64,000 nt of DNA, taken from the NCBI GenBank assembly GCA_963714015.1, contig OY970223.1, positions 1,952,001-2,016,000 of the forward strand, given 5' to 3'. Below the pieces are notes generated by a model. That model was not told where the DNA came from and searched no databases. It saw only the letters and a program-made list of their open reading frames with translations. The stretch comes from Vulcanimicrobiota bacterium (GTDB lineage: Bacteria > Vulcanimicrobiota > Vulcanimicrobiia > Vulcanimicrobiales > Vulcanimicrobiaceae). Each line of letters starts with the position of its first letter. The stretch's first letter is position 1. The position numbers and the translations under genes were made by a program. This document shows positions 63,986 to 64,000 of the stretch, one piece after another.

Positions 63986-64000
63986 GCGGCGCTCGTCGCT

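Noticed and set aside
1..64000. CRISPR arrays, tRNA/rRNA genes, transposases, prophage
   Set aside because: No regularly spaced repeats, cloverleafs, or integrase/transposase/phage proteins recognised by eye.

Overview
GC-rich bacterial chromosome segment. Inference only: a diderm Terrabacterium such as Ca. Eremiobacterota/Vulcanimicrobiota, since a Bacillota-style flagellar gene order and a Gram-positive LexA box co-occur with TonB-dependent-receptor-like genes. Bases 1-33.6 kb hold a flagellar/chemotaxis cluster (fliH-I-J-ylxF ... fliK-flgD-TIGR02530-flgE-flbD-motAB-fliM-fliY/N-fliOPQR ... flhB-flhA-PilZ-cheY-cheC-cheA-cheW), interrupted twice by non-flagellar cassettes that each carry an adenylate cyclase-STAND ATPase-TPR paralog; the first cassette also carries trpEG and an attenuator-preceded DAHP synthase. 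After this come a BlaI/BlaR1(M56)-pentapeptide-repeat module, CHAD half-domain genes, an SOS-boxed imuA-imuB-dnaE2 cassette, modA-like, rlmD-gatCAB-mutS2, and an accessory region with two TonB-dependent-receptor-like genes and small regulators. At least 15 genes are broken by frameshifts. Every plus-strand shift I checked is +1, including in gatB, so these are treated as sequencing errors. Top candidates: (1) a multi-TM upstream protein ending in a RAPP ribosome-arrest motif whose codons can pair with the RBS region of the downstream receptor; (2) a leaderless Trp/Tyr leader peptide plus terminator ahead of aroF, which abuts fliK; (3) a BlaR1 sensor fused to pentapeptide repeats, with a mapped operator pair; (4) structured RNA candidates upstream of flgE and fliQ. 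No rRNA, tRNA, CRISPR array or transposase was recognised.
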